Assembly: GCA_963662625.1 (NCBI GenBank)
Contig: OY759726.1
Span: forward strand, 1,536,001-1,600,000
DNA: 64,000 nt
Direction of reading: 5' to 3'
DNA from: Nitrosopumilus sp.
GTDB lineage: Archaea; Thermoproteota; Nitrososphaeria; Nitrososphaerales; Nitrosopumilaceae
In this document: positions 30,259-40,197 of the stretch, one piece after another
Numbering within the stretch: the first letter of the stretch is position 1
Layout of the letters: each line of letters starts with the position of its first letter
Notes under the pieces: model-generated
Databases searched by the model: none
What the model was told of the DNA's origin: nothing
The model's input: only the letters and a program-made list of their open reading frames with translations
Program-made: the position numbers and the translations under genes

Positions 30259-30521
30259 CTGTGAGGATTTTTAAGAATAGATTTTCCTCGTTTTGTTAAA
30301 GTCAATTTAAAATCATCGCCCTCTTCATCACTATACACCTTGTTTGATTCAATAATTTTCAGTACCAATAACTTTCTGATCTCGGTTGAAATATTATTTA
30401 CATCTCCATACCTTTCAACAAGCTTAGCGTTATTAATCAGCGTGGAATATGAAACCCCATGGTCAGAAATATACTCCATAATTTGATAAGATAGCAATGG
30501 CGGCTCGCTAATTTCACTCAT
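30255..30521 (-). CDS. Small winged-helix-like protein
   Basis: 88 aa with IRKLLVLKIIE...LTLTKRGK wing; ATGA overlap with the downstream gene; AT-rich. Confidence 0.6.
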   Translation of the reverse strand: MSEISEPPLLSYQIMEYISDHGVSYSTLINNAKLVERYGDVNNISTEIRKLLVLKIIESNKVYSDEEGDDFKLTLTKRGKSILKNPHR

Positions 30522-30683
30522 GTTGAATATTCAAAAAATTACTAATTAAATCTTCGGTAACTGTATGCTAGCCTAATAAACATTGTGTCAATTCTAGTCT
30601 TCTCTATTGTACATAAATTAGGTCGCACTAACTTGAGGAGGCTTGCAAAGGATTACTTTACACTTTACCGATCAAGAAAACCG

Positions 30684-30880
30684 ATGGTAACCAGGCTGAC
30701 CGGAAGGCAGATCAGGTACGCCGTAGCCCAGAGGCAGGAGGGGAGACCGGCTGCGGACATTGCGGCGGAGATCGGGGTGACCGTGAGGCACGCCCGGAGG
30801 CCGTACGCAGAATTCGTCATGACTGGCGCCCCCCACGCGCCGCGCAGGGCCGGGAGGAGGGCGCGCGACATGCCGTTCTC
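30684..30880 (+). mobile_element. Transposase N-terminal HTH fragment (IS481/IS3-like), degenerate
   Basis: MVTRLTGRQIRYAV...DIAAEIGVTVRHARR. Confidence 0.6.
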
Positions 30881-30949
30881 GCTCGTGAACCCGGACGGCG
30901 CCAGGTACAGCGTGTCTGGCGCGCCGGGCCCGTTGCCGGGGACGCCCTG

Positions 30950-31102
30950 CCAGGTGGCCGCCCTTCCCGCACCGCCTGCAGTGCCCGCTCTCCCTGCCGC
31001 TGCTGCATGAGGGCCAGGCGGGTCGGGACGGCGTCAGCCCGCTACTCACCCGTGTTGACCACCCAGGCGTGGTTGCCACGTGCACTGGATCTGATGATGT
31101 AC
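30950..31102 (+). mobile_element. Right-end fragment of the GTACA-ended IS family
   Basis: Homologous to 47765-47908 and 42251-42330; ends CTGGATCTGATGATGTAC. Confidence 0.7.
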
Positions 31103-31170
31103 TCAGTTGAGGGCGGCGCGGCGGATCCTCGTAGGGCCGCCGGTTGCCGACTCTCGCTAGGCGTCCGCGC

Positions 31171-31449
31171 TCACCCTACCCCGTCCCAGTCTACCTCGGG
31201 GAACATCCCCTCTATCCTCCTCTTGTCCCTGTTCACCGCGTCGATCCTGTCCCTGAGGTGCCTGGCCAGCCTCCCGTCGGCCTCGGCGGCCAGCTCCTCC
31301 TCGGCGCCCGCGATTACCGCGTTCAGCGACCTGTAGTACCTGACGTGCTCCTCCCTCGACGCGGCGGACCTGTCCTCGTCCCTCCCGCCGTCCGTGCCGC
31401 CCGCGGCGCCCCCGCCCCCGCCAGTATCGGCCGCCGTGGCGCGCCTCAC
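31171..31449 (-). CDS. Hypothetical protein downstream of EF-2
   Basis: GTG overlaps the fusA stop; EEHVRYYRSL...RIEGMFP. Confidence 0.7.
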   Translation of the reverse strand: MRRATAADTGGGGGAAGGTDGGRDEDRSAASREEHVRYYRSLNAVIAGAEEELAAEADGRLARHLRDRIDAVNRDKRRIEGMFPEVDWDGVG

Positions 31450-33638
31450 TCCTTGTCTATGAACTCGCCGGCGCCCGGGACCTCGGGGGCCAGCCCCTTC
31501 CTCTTCCTGATGTCCGCTATGGCGGCGGCGTGGATGGACTTTGGGACCTCGGTCCACTCCTTGAACGAGGTGTTCCACGTGGCGCGGCCGGCAGTCTGCC
31601 CCCTCATCTCCTCGGACAGGGTGAACGTCTCGGACGCCGGGATCTCGCCGGTCACTATGCTGGCGGCGCCCTTCTGGACCATGTCCATGACCTTCCCGCG
31701 CTTGCCTGAGAGGACAGTCGCGACGCTGCCCACGAGGTCGGTGGGGACGCGCACCTCTATGGCGAGCATGGGCTCCAGCACGGTGGTGCCCGCCGTCAGC
31801 AGGGCCCCCATGCACGCGCGCCTCGAGGCAGGCCCCAGCTGGGACAGCCCCCTGTGGGCGGTGTCCTCGTGGGGGACGAAGTGCGTGAAGACGAACTTGC
31901 AGTCCCTCATCTGCTCCCTGCACAGCGGCCCCTCCTTCATGACCTCGTCAAAGCCGGAGTTTATCGAGTCGGTGGACTCTTGCACGAACTGGACGCCCTT
32001 GGTCCCGTTGATCAGCACGTTGCCCCTGGAGTCCAGCCTCATGACCCTCTTTATCGTGTCGGTGTCCCACCCCGCCCCCTTGAGCAGGTCGGCCACCACC
32101 TTCTTGTCCTTCATGTCGCTGATCTCGCCGGTCCTCAGCATGTGCGCGATCTCCGGCTCCAGCGGCTCCACCCTCATGAATATCTTGTTGTGGCGGTTGG
32201 GAGACTTTGCCATCACCGCCTCGCAGGATCCCTTCACGGTCTCCCTGTAGTTGATGAGCGGCTCGGAGGTGACTATCTCGACCTTGGCGTCCTGGATGCG
32301 GTGGGTCGCGACGTCCAGGTGGAGGACGCCCATGCCTGCCACGATGGTCTCGCCGCTCTCGTCGTCGATCTTCACGACCAGGTTGGGGTCCTCTATGGTA
32401 AGCTGCTTCAGGACGTCCACGAGCTTCGGCAGGTCCTTGGGGTGCTTCGGCTCCACGGCGACCTGGACCACCGGCTCCGAGACGTACTTTACCCCCTCGA
32501 ACATGGGCATGCCCTTGACGGTCGAGACGGTGTTGCCCGCCCGGGCCTCGGTGAGGCCCAGCAGCGCGGGGATGTTGCCCGAGCCGAGCTCGCCGACCTG
32601 CTCCCTCTGGTTCCCCATGAAGAAGTTCACCGACTGGACGCGCCCCTCGCGCTTCTCGTCGATTATGCTGACGGTCTGCCCGTCCCTGATGGTGCCCGAG
32701 AACAGCCTCCCTATGGCCACCGGCCCGGCGGCGGGGTCGAGCACCATGTTGACTATCATCATGATGGTGGGCCCGTCGTCGCTGCACGCCAGCAGCGCCT
32801 TGCCCACGTCGGAGTCCAGGTCGCCCTTCCAGATCTGCGGGATCCTGTATGTCTGGGCCGCGTGCGGCGGCGGGTGGTGCTTTACCACCATGCCAAGCAC
32901 GGCGTCGGCCAGCGGGGCCCTCTCGACTAGATCGGGCACCTTCCCGTTCTGGTACGCGTCGATCACGTCCTTGAACGTGATGCCCTTCTCCTTCATCCTG
33001 TCCACGTTGATGGCCCACCTGTCCTTGGCGGAGCCGAACGTCACGCTGGCGTCCTGTATGGACACCTTCCACTTGTCCCTGTACTCCGGCTCGGCGTAGG
33101 TCTCCACCAGCTGGTTGAAGTTTGACACGACCCCCGCCAGCGTCTCCTGCATCTTCTCGGGCGTCAGCCTCAGCTCCTTTATGAGGCGGTCCACCTTGTT
33201 GATGAACAGCACGGGCTTCACCCTCTCCTCCAGCGCCATCCTCGTCACGGTCTCCGTCTGCGTCATGATGCCCTCCACGGCGTCGCAGACCACCACGGCC
33301 CCGTCTATCGCCCTGAGGCTCCTGATGACCCTGCCGCTAAAGTCCACGTGGCCGGGGGTGTCTATCATGTTGATCACGTACTCCCTGTCCTTCTGGGTGA
33401 AGTGCAGCGTCACGTTTGCCTGGTATATGGTGATGCCCCTCTCCTGCTCCTCCTTGTCAAAGTCCATCGCGAGCGCCTTCCCGGCCGCCGACGGCGCGAT
33501 GATCCCAGAGTACGCCAGCAGGCTGTCGCTCATGGTGGTCTTGCCGTGGTCGACGTGCGCGATCACCCCGAAGTTCCTGATCTGGTCCTTGTTCTTGATG
33601 ATCTTCAGCACCTCGGTGGTGGACTTGAACTTTGCCAT
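31446..33638 (-). CDS. fusA: Translation elongation factor 2 (aEF-2)
   Basis: AHVDHGKTT, DTPGHVDF, NKVD, diphthamide loop HEDTAHRG. Confidence 0.98.
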   Translation of the reverse strand: MAKFKSTTEVLKIIKNKDQIRNFGVIAHVDHGKTTMSDSLLAYSGIIAPSAAGKALAMDFDKEEQERGITIYQANVTLHFTQKDREYVINMIDTPGHVDFSGRVIRSLRAIDGAVVVCDAVEGIMTQTETVTRMALEERVKPVLFINKVDRLIKELRLTPEKMQETLAGVVSNFNQLVETYAEPEYRDKWKVSIQDASVTFGSAKDRWAINVDRMKEKGITFKDVIDAYQNGKVPDLVERAPLADAVLGMVVKHHPPPHAAQTYRIPQIWKGDLDSDVGKALLACSDDGPTIMMIVNMVLDPAAGPVAIGRLFSGTIRDGQTVSIIDEKREGRVQSVNFFMGNQREQVGELGSGNIPALLGLTEARAGNTVSTVKGMPMFEGVKYVSEPVVQVAVEPKHPKDLPKLVDVLKQLTIEDPNLVVKIDDESGETIVAGMGVLHLDVATHRIQDAKVEIVTSEPLINYRETVKGSCEAVMAKSPNRHNKIFMRVEPLEPEIAHMLRTGEISDMKDKKVVADLLKGAGWDTDTIKRVMRLDSRGNVLINGTKGVQFVQESTDSINSGFDEVMKEGPLCREQMRDCKFVFTHFVPHEDTAHRGLSQLGPASRRACMGALLTAGTTVLEPMLAIEVRVPTDLVGSVATVLSGKRGKVMDMVQKGAASIVTGEIPASETFTLSEEMRGQTAGRATWNTSFKEWTEVPKSIHAAAIADIRKRKGLAPEVPGAGEFIDKE

Positions 33639-33771
33639 ATCCGGCAACGAATTCCTTTATCTATTAAATCTTGTGAGGAGTGGGATGCGATCCCGGGCCG
33701 TCCAGGACGCCGCCCCGGCAGGCGCCGCCCCGGCCGAGCCGTTTTTGTAGCAGTTGATCCAACCATACCCC

Positions 33772-34002
33772 ATGGGGCTGCTCTACACGAAGTTCTACCT
33801 GGACTTCGAGCCAGCGGAATGGAGGCAGCTCTCCACCGAGCCCGTGGTGTTCGAGGCCGCCGGCGACGGGGTAAGCCTGGAGATCAGCGACACGTCGCAG
33901 AACTCCTACAAGCTGAAGTTCAGGAAGGGCGGCAGGATACGGGTGTACCGGGTGGTCGGCAAGTTCCGCCTGACGTGGGACGACGACGACCTGGCCGAAT
34001 AA
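33772..34002 (+). CDS. Conserved hypothetical protein
   Basis: 76 aa, MGLLYTKFY...FRLTWDDDD. Confidence 0.75.
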   Translation: MGLLYTKFYLDFEPAEWRQLSTEPVVFEAAGDGVSLEISDTSQNSYKLKFRKGGRIRVYRVVGKFRLTWDDDDLAE

Positions 34003-34033
34003 CAATATTAGGGGCCGCACCGTAACCATACGC

Positions 34034-34267
34034 ATGGCACTCAAGGAGGACGTGGAGGCGGTGCTGCGCGACTTTGACGCGGCCACCTCCGACATGGCAG
34101 TCGGGCTCCTCAGGCAGATCCAGCCCATGTTCCGGAGCGATCACACCAAGGTCTACCTGGAGAGAAAGATCCGCCGGGTCGAGGAGGCCGTGGACGAGGA
34201 CGCGAGGAAGGAGCTGTGCAAGACGCTGCTCCCGTACCTGGACTGGTACGCGCAGGGAAGCTCCTAG
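34034..34267 (+). CDS. Conserved hypothetical protein
   Basis: 77 aa, LCKTLLPYLDWY. Confidence 0.75.
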   Translation: MALKEDVEAVLRDFDAATSDMAVGLLRQIQPMFRSDHTKVYLERKIRRVEEAVDEDARKELCKTLLPYLDWYAQGSS

Positions 34268-34284
34268 CCGCACGTCCCCGGGCC

Positions 34285-35587
34285 CAGTAGCCGAAAATGT
34301 ACTGGCCGCCAGACGCCTGGTTGGGCCCCGCCCGCCCGCCATCCGCCCCGCCCGCGGCCATCCCCGACATGCGCCCCGGCATGATCGCCAGCCGGACCGG
34401 GGCGGTGTCGCGGCTCCCGTACCGCCCGGCAGACCACGCCGCCGACACCGTCCACGGGTTGCACGTCACCGGCGCCATGAAGAACAGGAACGTCCTGACG
34501 GAGGCGTCCGGGCTGGCGGTCCCGGGCCCAGCCTTCCCGGCGTCCCCGTGCCCTGGCCCTGTCCCCCGCCCCTTCCCGTACCCGTCTGGGACGTCGGCGG
34601 CGCGTACCGCCAGCCGGCGTCCGCGTTGGTGGCGTACGCCAGGTGCCACCTCCTGCGCGTCCCCCGGGTCCCGCCAGCCCCCGCCCTCCCCCTTCGGGAC
34701 GATCACCGGGGCGGACGGCTCCCTTGCCCTCCCGTACCGGGGCGTCGGGACGTGCGGGGAGACGGCGTCCCTCTCCCCCCGGCCGTGCTCCCCCGCGGCC
34801 CCCTTCACGCCGGCCGTCCGCGACGCGGGCATGACGAGCCCGTGGTCCGGCCCGGACAGCTCCGCGACTGCCCCTGCCGGGAAGAACCCCCTGCCCGGCA
34901 GGACCAGCCCGGGGCGGGCGCCCAACACCGCGCAGTCCCCCAGCAGTTCACGCACGGCCTCGGCCCCGGTTGGCCCCTTCTTGGGCCTGCACGTCGGGTC
35001 CTGCCCCGGCCCGACCGCCACCTTGGCGGCGGCGTGCCCCCCGGAGCGCGACGTACCGGACCTGTGCCTCGCGCGCACCAGCTGCCCCTCCAGGGCCGCG
35101 GGATCCCTGCCGCGCCTGGGCATCGGGCGGTCGCCGGTGGCCGCCACGCAGCGGATCCGCCCGGGGATCCCCTGCCGCCTGGCATCCAGCACGGTGGCGG
35201 CGAGGGCGCCGGAGCGCCGCTCCCGCATGGAGTCCTGGCCGCTGCACGCCCCTCGTATCCCGGAGGGCACCCGCGCCGACGACGGCATGCGGCCCCGCGC
35301 GTGGCGCACGGCGAGCGTCCCGGTGGCGCCAGCACGCGCACGGGGCCGGCCGTGCCGCACGCGGCGTTGTGCCGGCGGGAGAACCCGATGCCCGCCCTCC
35401 CCGGCAGCCCGGGCAACGTTTCAAGCGCCTTGCCGGCCACCCTGGGCCGGCGCCCCCGCGGTCCGTTTTGGTGAGTCATGGTGGGTTACGGGGGCGCCCG
35501 ACCCGTTGGTTTTTCTGCCCAAAGCGTTCCAGTATCGGGCCAAGACATGTCGGCCGGCGTCCAGCCGGGGTACATTTTCAACTACTA
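34285..35587 (-). mobile_element. ISH3-family element, full length, degenerate transposase
   Basis: 18-bp inverted ends CAGTAGCCGAAAATGTAC / TAGTAGTTGAAAATGTAC; 5-bp target duplication GGGCC at 34280-34284 and 35588-35592; remnants of DRGF and YRKRWGIETGY motifs. Confidence 0.88.
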
Positions 35588-35632
35588 GGGCCGCTTGCCG
35601 CCAGCGGATCGACCTGCACGCGCAGGGGGCAC

Positions 35633-36061
35633 CTAACCGCACGCGCCCATTGGGATCGACTTCCTGGCGCGCTCGATCAGCGCCAGGTCGCCCCTCGCGG
35701 CATCGGCGTCCCCCACCAGGCCCGCAAAGTACCCGTTCCCGGCGTCCAGCGCCTTCCGGATGTCGGACTCGTAGCATGACAGGGCCTTGTCCAGGAACCC
35801 GCAGTCGCCCCGGAGCGACTCCATCTGTCCCCCGTCGTGCAGGGCGCCGTGGATCCTTCCTATGGCCTCGTCGATCTTCGGCACCGTCCTAGCGGCTTCC
35901 TGGCTCAGCACCGACGCGAACATGGCGGCCGCGCCGCTCAGTTCGGGGCTCCGGCCCAGCGTCTTGAGCCTCTTCCTGTAGTGCCTCAGGGCCCTTATGG
36001 CTATCTCGTACCCGCCCTCGTGCTTGAGGAATATGCCGCCCAGCCAAACCCGTCCAGCCAA
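35633..36061 (-). CDS. Hypothetical protein
   Basis: HEGGYEIAIRALRHYRKRL...; start uncertain. Confidence 0.75.
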   Translation of the reverse strand: MAGRVWLGGIFLKHEGGYEIAIRALRHYRKRLKTLGRSPELSGAAAMFASVLSQEAARTVPKIDEAIGRIHGALHDGGQMESLRGDCGFLDKALSCYESDIRKALDAGNGYFAGLVGDADAARGDLALIERARKSIPMGACG

Positions 36062-36119
36062 CCCCTTCGGTCTGCCCGCGGCGTTTTATAATTTTTGGGC
36101 CCCCGGTGGCTTGAACCTC

Positions 36120-36346
36120 TCGTTGCGGGACCCGCGGGGCGTCCTGGGTGGCGTTCTCCGCCCCCGGCGTGGCGCTCTCCACTTCCAGCACCGCAACCCT
36201 GGCATGCATCTTGGCAACCTCCCTGCGCAGGACCGTGGCCTCGGAACCAGACATGCCGTGGCTTGGGAGGTGCAGGATCAAAGCGCAGCGATCTAGATTT
36301 GTGGCTTGTCCGCGTAAATTTGCCTGAGCTGGATCTGAGCATGTAC
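36120..36346 (-). mobile_element. Left-end fragment of the GTACA-ended IS family (IS66-like coiled-coil start)
   Basis: GTACATGCTCAGATCCAG end, then MSGSEATVLRREVAK...; homologous to 42700-42922. Confidence 0.65.
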
Positions 36347-36373
36347 CCGCGACACGGGGGCGCGGGGCGGGCC

Positions 36374-36601
36374 CTACGTCCCCGGATCCGCGTCCGGCAC
36401 CACCCGGTTGCCGCTGATCAGGCGCAGCAGCATCCCTGCGATCGACACCCCTATGCCCATCAGCCCCACGAACGTGCCCGAGTGCTTTACCATGCGGAGC
36501 CCCGGCTCCATGTCGGGCTTTGCCTGGATGGAATAGAACAGCGCGAGGCCAGCCGCCACCATCGCGACGCCAACAAGGATCGTCTTTTTCCCGATCTCCA
36601 T
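36374..36601 (-). CDS. Small two-helix membrane protein
   Basis: Two hydrophobic segments; KHSGTFVGLMGIGV. Confidence 0.75.
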   Translation of the reverse strand: MEIGKKTILVGVAMVAAGLALFYSIQAKPDMEPGLRMVKHSGTFVGLMGIGVSIAGMLLRLISGNRVVPDADPGT

Positions 36602-36672
36602 CCACCTTCGTCCGCGCCCCTGCCTAAAAAACCCCCGCGGCCGGGCGGCGGGCGCGGGTGTTCGGCGAGGTG

Positions 36673-37290
36673 CTACGCCCTGACCGAGATCTCCTCGCCG
36701 TTTCCGACGGGGCACGTTATCGTCTTGATCCCGGGCTTCCCCCTTATGTGCCTGGCGAGCCTCCCCATGTCCTTCCTGTACTTTTCCGGGTACAGCATGT
36801 TGTCGGTCATGATCACACCGCCCCTGCGGACCAGCGGGACCGTCAGGTCAAAGTACCGTATGGCGTTCTCCTTGTCGGCGTCGATCAGCGCAAAGTCGAA
36901 GAATTCCAGGAACCCCCCGTCCCCGTTAAGCCTGCCCAGGACGTCCGCCGCTTCGCCCTCCTCCACGTCGATGATCTCGGAGACGCCCGCGTCCGCGAAA
37001 TTCTTCCGGGCCCGGTCGATCTTGGCCCGGTCCCTCTCGACGGTGACGATCATGCCGTGGCCGCGCCTCACGGCGCCGGCGCACCACAGAGTGGAGTACC
37101 CCGCCGACGTGCCTACCTCCAGGACGTTTTTCGCCCCCATGACGGTCAGGAGCACGTCTATCAGCTCGCCCGTCTCCCTGGTTATGGCCAGCATCCGCTC
37201 CCCCGCCGGCACGTCCACCTTCCGGGCCTTCTCCAGGGCGGATCTCTTGCCGAGCCTGCCGAGGACCCTCGATATGCCGTCGCCTTCCAT
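36673..37290 (-). CDS. Class I SAM-dependent O-methyltransferase
   Basis: LEVGTSAGYS, FDFALIDADK, DNM. Confidence 0.92.
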   Translation of the reverse strand: MEGDGISRVLGRLGKRSALEKARKVDVPAGERMLAITRETGELIDVLLTVMGAKNVLEVGTSAGYSTLWCAGAVRRGHGMIVTVERDRAKIDRARKNFADAGVSEIIDVEEGEAADVLGRLNGDGGFLEFFDFALIDADKENAIRYFDLTVPLVRRGGVIMTDNMLYPEKYRKDMGRLARHIRGKPGIKTITCPVGNGEEISVRA

Positions 37291-37721
37291 TCCCGTCTTG
37301 TGGCTGGCGCGGCCTAATATCTAGTGTGGGCGCGCCGGATCCGGGGCCGCCGCCGGCGCGGAATTCAACGCGGCAAAAACGCGGCGGGCCTTTCGGGGCC
37401 TGCATCTCTTCGCCGGGACCGTGGGCGCGTTCTTGCGGGGAGCCAAGTTTTTCCGCCGCGGGCTTGGGGGCAGCGCGTTACCCCAGCCCGCGGGCCTGCC
37501 ATCCTAAACCCGCACGTCGCGGGCCTTGGAGGAGCCGCTGATAATGCCCCTGCCGCGGGCGCCCGCCATGGCGCCGTCCATATCCCGTGCCATGGCCAGC
37601 CCGCGGGCGTCCTTCCCCGGGGCTTTGTGGCGCAGTTGCTGGCGGCCGCCGCCGACTCAGCCCCTTGCACGAACCGGGCCTCATCCATGACCGGTAAACC
37701 CGGGGACGCGCTTCCTGGCAG

Positions 37722-38453
37722 CTAATCGGTCCCGTGCGCTTGCGGGGCGAGGCGCGGGTCTATCGGCTGCAGCGCGACCGTCCTTCCCACGATGTTGCCG
37801 TTTGCGTCCTTCTCGTCCGTGGACGTGAGTATCGTCGGGAACTCGCTCCCGTCCTTCCTGCGCATCCATATGACTGCCTTGTCCCGGAACCCGGCCCTCC
37901 AGTTCTCCATGTTCGCGTGGAGGTTTCCCTTGCTCCTGGATGCGGTGTGCTCGTAGAGGCTGATTCCTATCACCTCGTCCTTCGTGTAGCCCATGTGGCT
38001 CAGGTACGACTCGCTGCATGCCACGATCGTGCCCATGTAGTCCACGGACCTGCGCATGACGTCGGGCTCCTCGTAGTCCGTCCTCTCGTCGATCCTGTAG
38101 ATATTCTGGATCTTCCTGATCGACGCGACGTCTCTCAGCTCGGTGTCTATGCCCACGACCTTCTCGCCGTCATACTTTTTCCTGACGGATCTCAGCACGG
38201 TCATGACCTCGCCGGTCTTCGTCTTCAGCTGGGTCTTGCGGGATATGTGCGTTGCAGGCTCGACCTTCCACGACTTGAGCATGTCGACTGACTCCTGGCG
38301 GTACTCGTCGGTGGTGTGATCAAGTATGGACGCGCCTATCACCTCCTCGATCGTGTAGCCCAGCCTGACGGCATAGTACTCGTTGCAGTCCTCTATCACG
38401 CCGTCCAGGTCGATTGACCTGTACATGATGGGTATTGCGGCCCTTATCTTCAT
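37722..38453 (-). CDS. Tandem PAS-domain protein without an output domain
   Basis: Two LGY/MGY.k.EVIG.S..dH PAS repeats and an RRKDGS PAC motif. Confidence 0.85.
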   Translation of the reverse strand: MKIRAAIPIMYRSIDLDGVIEDCNEYYAVRLGYTIEEVIGASILDHTTDEYRQESVDMLKSWKVEPATHISRKTQLKTKTGEVMTVLRSVRKKYDGEKVVGIDTELRDVASIRKIQNIYRIDERTDYEEPDVMRRSVDYMGTIVACSESYLSHMGYTKDEVIGISLYEHTASRSKGNLHANMENWRAGFRDKAVIWMRRKDGSEFPTILTSTDEKDANGNIVGRTVALQPIDPRLAPQAHGTD

Positions 38454-38687
38454 TTGAATCAGGTTGGATCGTGCCAATTATAAATATTACACCCCGGGCT
38501 GCGCGTGAGGCCGCCACCCCGCGCCATCGGGGAGTTTCCCGTGGGCCCCTCCCCGCGGCGAGCCGGGAGCGCGGGCAGGCGCATCCGCCGCGCCGCAAAC
38601 GCGGCCGCGCGGCACGACGGCGGGATGGAAGCGGCGGGTGCGCCCGCGCGGGATAAATGGTTTTATTCTAACGACGCGGTGTCTGTC

Positions 38688-40172
38688 ATGATGAAGCTGT
38701 TAGACAGCCGGTTCCGCATCCTGCTCATCCTGGTCTTCAGCACGATGTCGGCGTTTGCCGTAGAGATGTACTTTAGCGTCATCTCCAACAGCATGGCGCT
38801 GGCAGTCGATAGCGTGCACACCCTGATGGACGCCGTGGTAGTGTTCGTCTCGATCATCGCGGCCAGGGTGGCGATGAGGCCCGCCGACGAGAAGCACAGT
38901 TACGGCTACGGGAAGATCGAGCCCCTGGGCTACATGCTGTGCGGCATCGCCATAATCGTGCTCTCCGGCCTGTTCATCTACGAGTCCGCCAACAGGCTGC
39001 AGGCCCCGCCCGTGATCCCGCCCCAGTCCATGATAGACGAGTGGGCGCACGTGGACGTCGTGGCCGCCCTGTTCGCCCCAGCCGACGGGATCCACCTGTC
39101 GCTGATAGGGGTGTGGGGAGGGGTGTACGTGATACTGACGGACGTCTTCAAGATCTACGTGCTGCAGAGGGCCATCAAGGGGTTCGGCGGCGCCACCTTC
39201 AAGTCGGACAGGCAGCACTCATTCATAGACATATCCGCGACGACGCTGACCATATCCAGCATACCGATCACGTTCTTTGGCTTCTACTACATGGACTCGG
39301 TGGCGACGCTGGTGCTGGGCGTGCTGCTCGGGCTGATCAGCATAAGGATCTCGTACAAGGCGGCGCAGGAGCTGCTGGACGTGACGTCGCCCACCATGGT
39401 CAACGAGATCAAGACCATCATACAGTCGATGCCCGAGGTCCTCAGGGTGGGGCCCGTGATGCTGCGGCGGTCCGGGGACAAGCTGTTTGCCGACGCCACC
39501 GCGGTCGTGCGGGGTGACACCAGCGTGGACGCGGCGCACGACCTGAGCGAGGAGATCGAGCGCAGGGTCAAGGACAAGGTCACCACCGGGCCGATCGAGG
39601 AGGATCACAGCCACGGCCTGGCAGAGGAGATCAAGGACGCGATGATCACCATCCGCGTGGAGCCCGACTGGACGGACGTTCCCATAGAGTCGAAGATCGT
39701 CGAGATCGCGAAGACCGTCGACGAGGTGCTCGACGCCAGCCACGCCAGCACGCACAAGATAGACGAGAAGATATACGCGGACCTGCGCGTCAAGGTGGAC
39801 AAGGACACCTCGCTTGCGGCCACCTACGCGATCTCCAACAGGATCGAGGCGCGGATAAAGGACGGGCTGCCGGGGATCGAGCGCACGACCATCCGCCTGG
39901 AACCGCACGACGACCTGGCAGACAAGCCGATCCAGGAGGACTTGGACACGGAGCAGCTGATCAGGTCCATACTGGACAAGCATCCGGAGATACTGGGGAC
40001 GATAAAGATAATATCGCTGAAGTTCGGCAACGTCTACAAGATAGACATAGACTGCATGCTCGACGGCGAGGACACGATCACGCAGACCCACCAGGTGCTC
40101 ACCTCCATCGAGTACGACATAATAAAGGAGATCAAGAACGCGATCATCACCATACACCCCGTCCCGGTATAG
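38688..40172 (+). CDS. Cation diffusion facilitator transporter with three C-terminal dimerisation domains
   Basis: SMALAVDSVH..D, PADEKHSYGYGKIE; repeated I.I..EP ends. Confidence 0.9.
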   Translation: MMKLLDSRFRILLILVFSTMSAFAVEMYFSVISNSMALAVDSVHTLMDAVVVFVSIIAARVAMRPADEKHSYGYGKIEPLGYMLCGIAIIVLSGLFIYESANRLQAPPVIPPQSMIDEWAHVDVVAALFAPADGIHLSLIGVWGGVYVILTDVFKIYVLQRAIKGFGGATFKSDRQHSFIDISATTLTISSIPITFFGFYYMDSVATLVLGVLLGLISIRISYKAAQELLDVTSPTMVNEIKTIIQSMPEVLRVGPVMLRRSGDKLFADATAVVRGDTSVDAAHDLSEEIERRVKDKVTTGPIEEDHSHGLAEEIKDAMITIRVEPDWTDVPIESKIVEIAKTVDEVLDASHASTHKIDEKIYADLRVKVDKDTSLAATYAISNRIEARIKDGLPGIERTTIRLEPHDDLADKPIQEDLDTEQLIRSILDKHPEILGTIKIISLKFGNVYKIDIDCMLDGEDTITQTHQVLTSIEYDIIKEIKNAIITIHPVPV

Positions 40173-40197
40173 CCCGCCTGGGGCCGGGGCGCCGCGC

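Noticed and set aside
31446-33638. EF-2 outside the ribosomal str operon
   Set aside because: Known arrangement in this lineage, not novel
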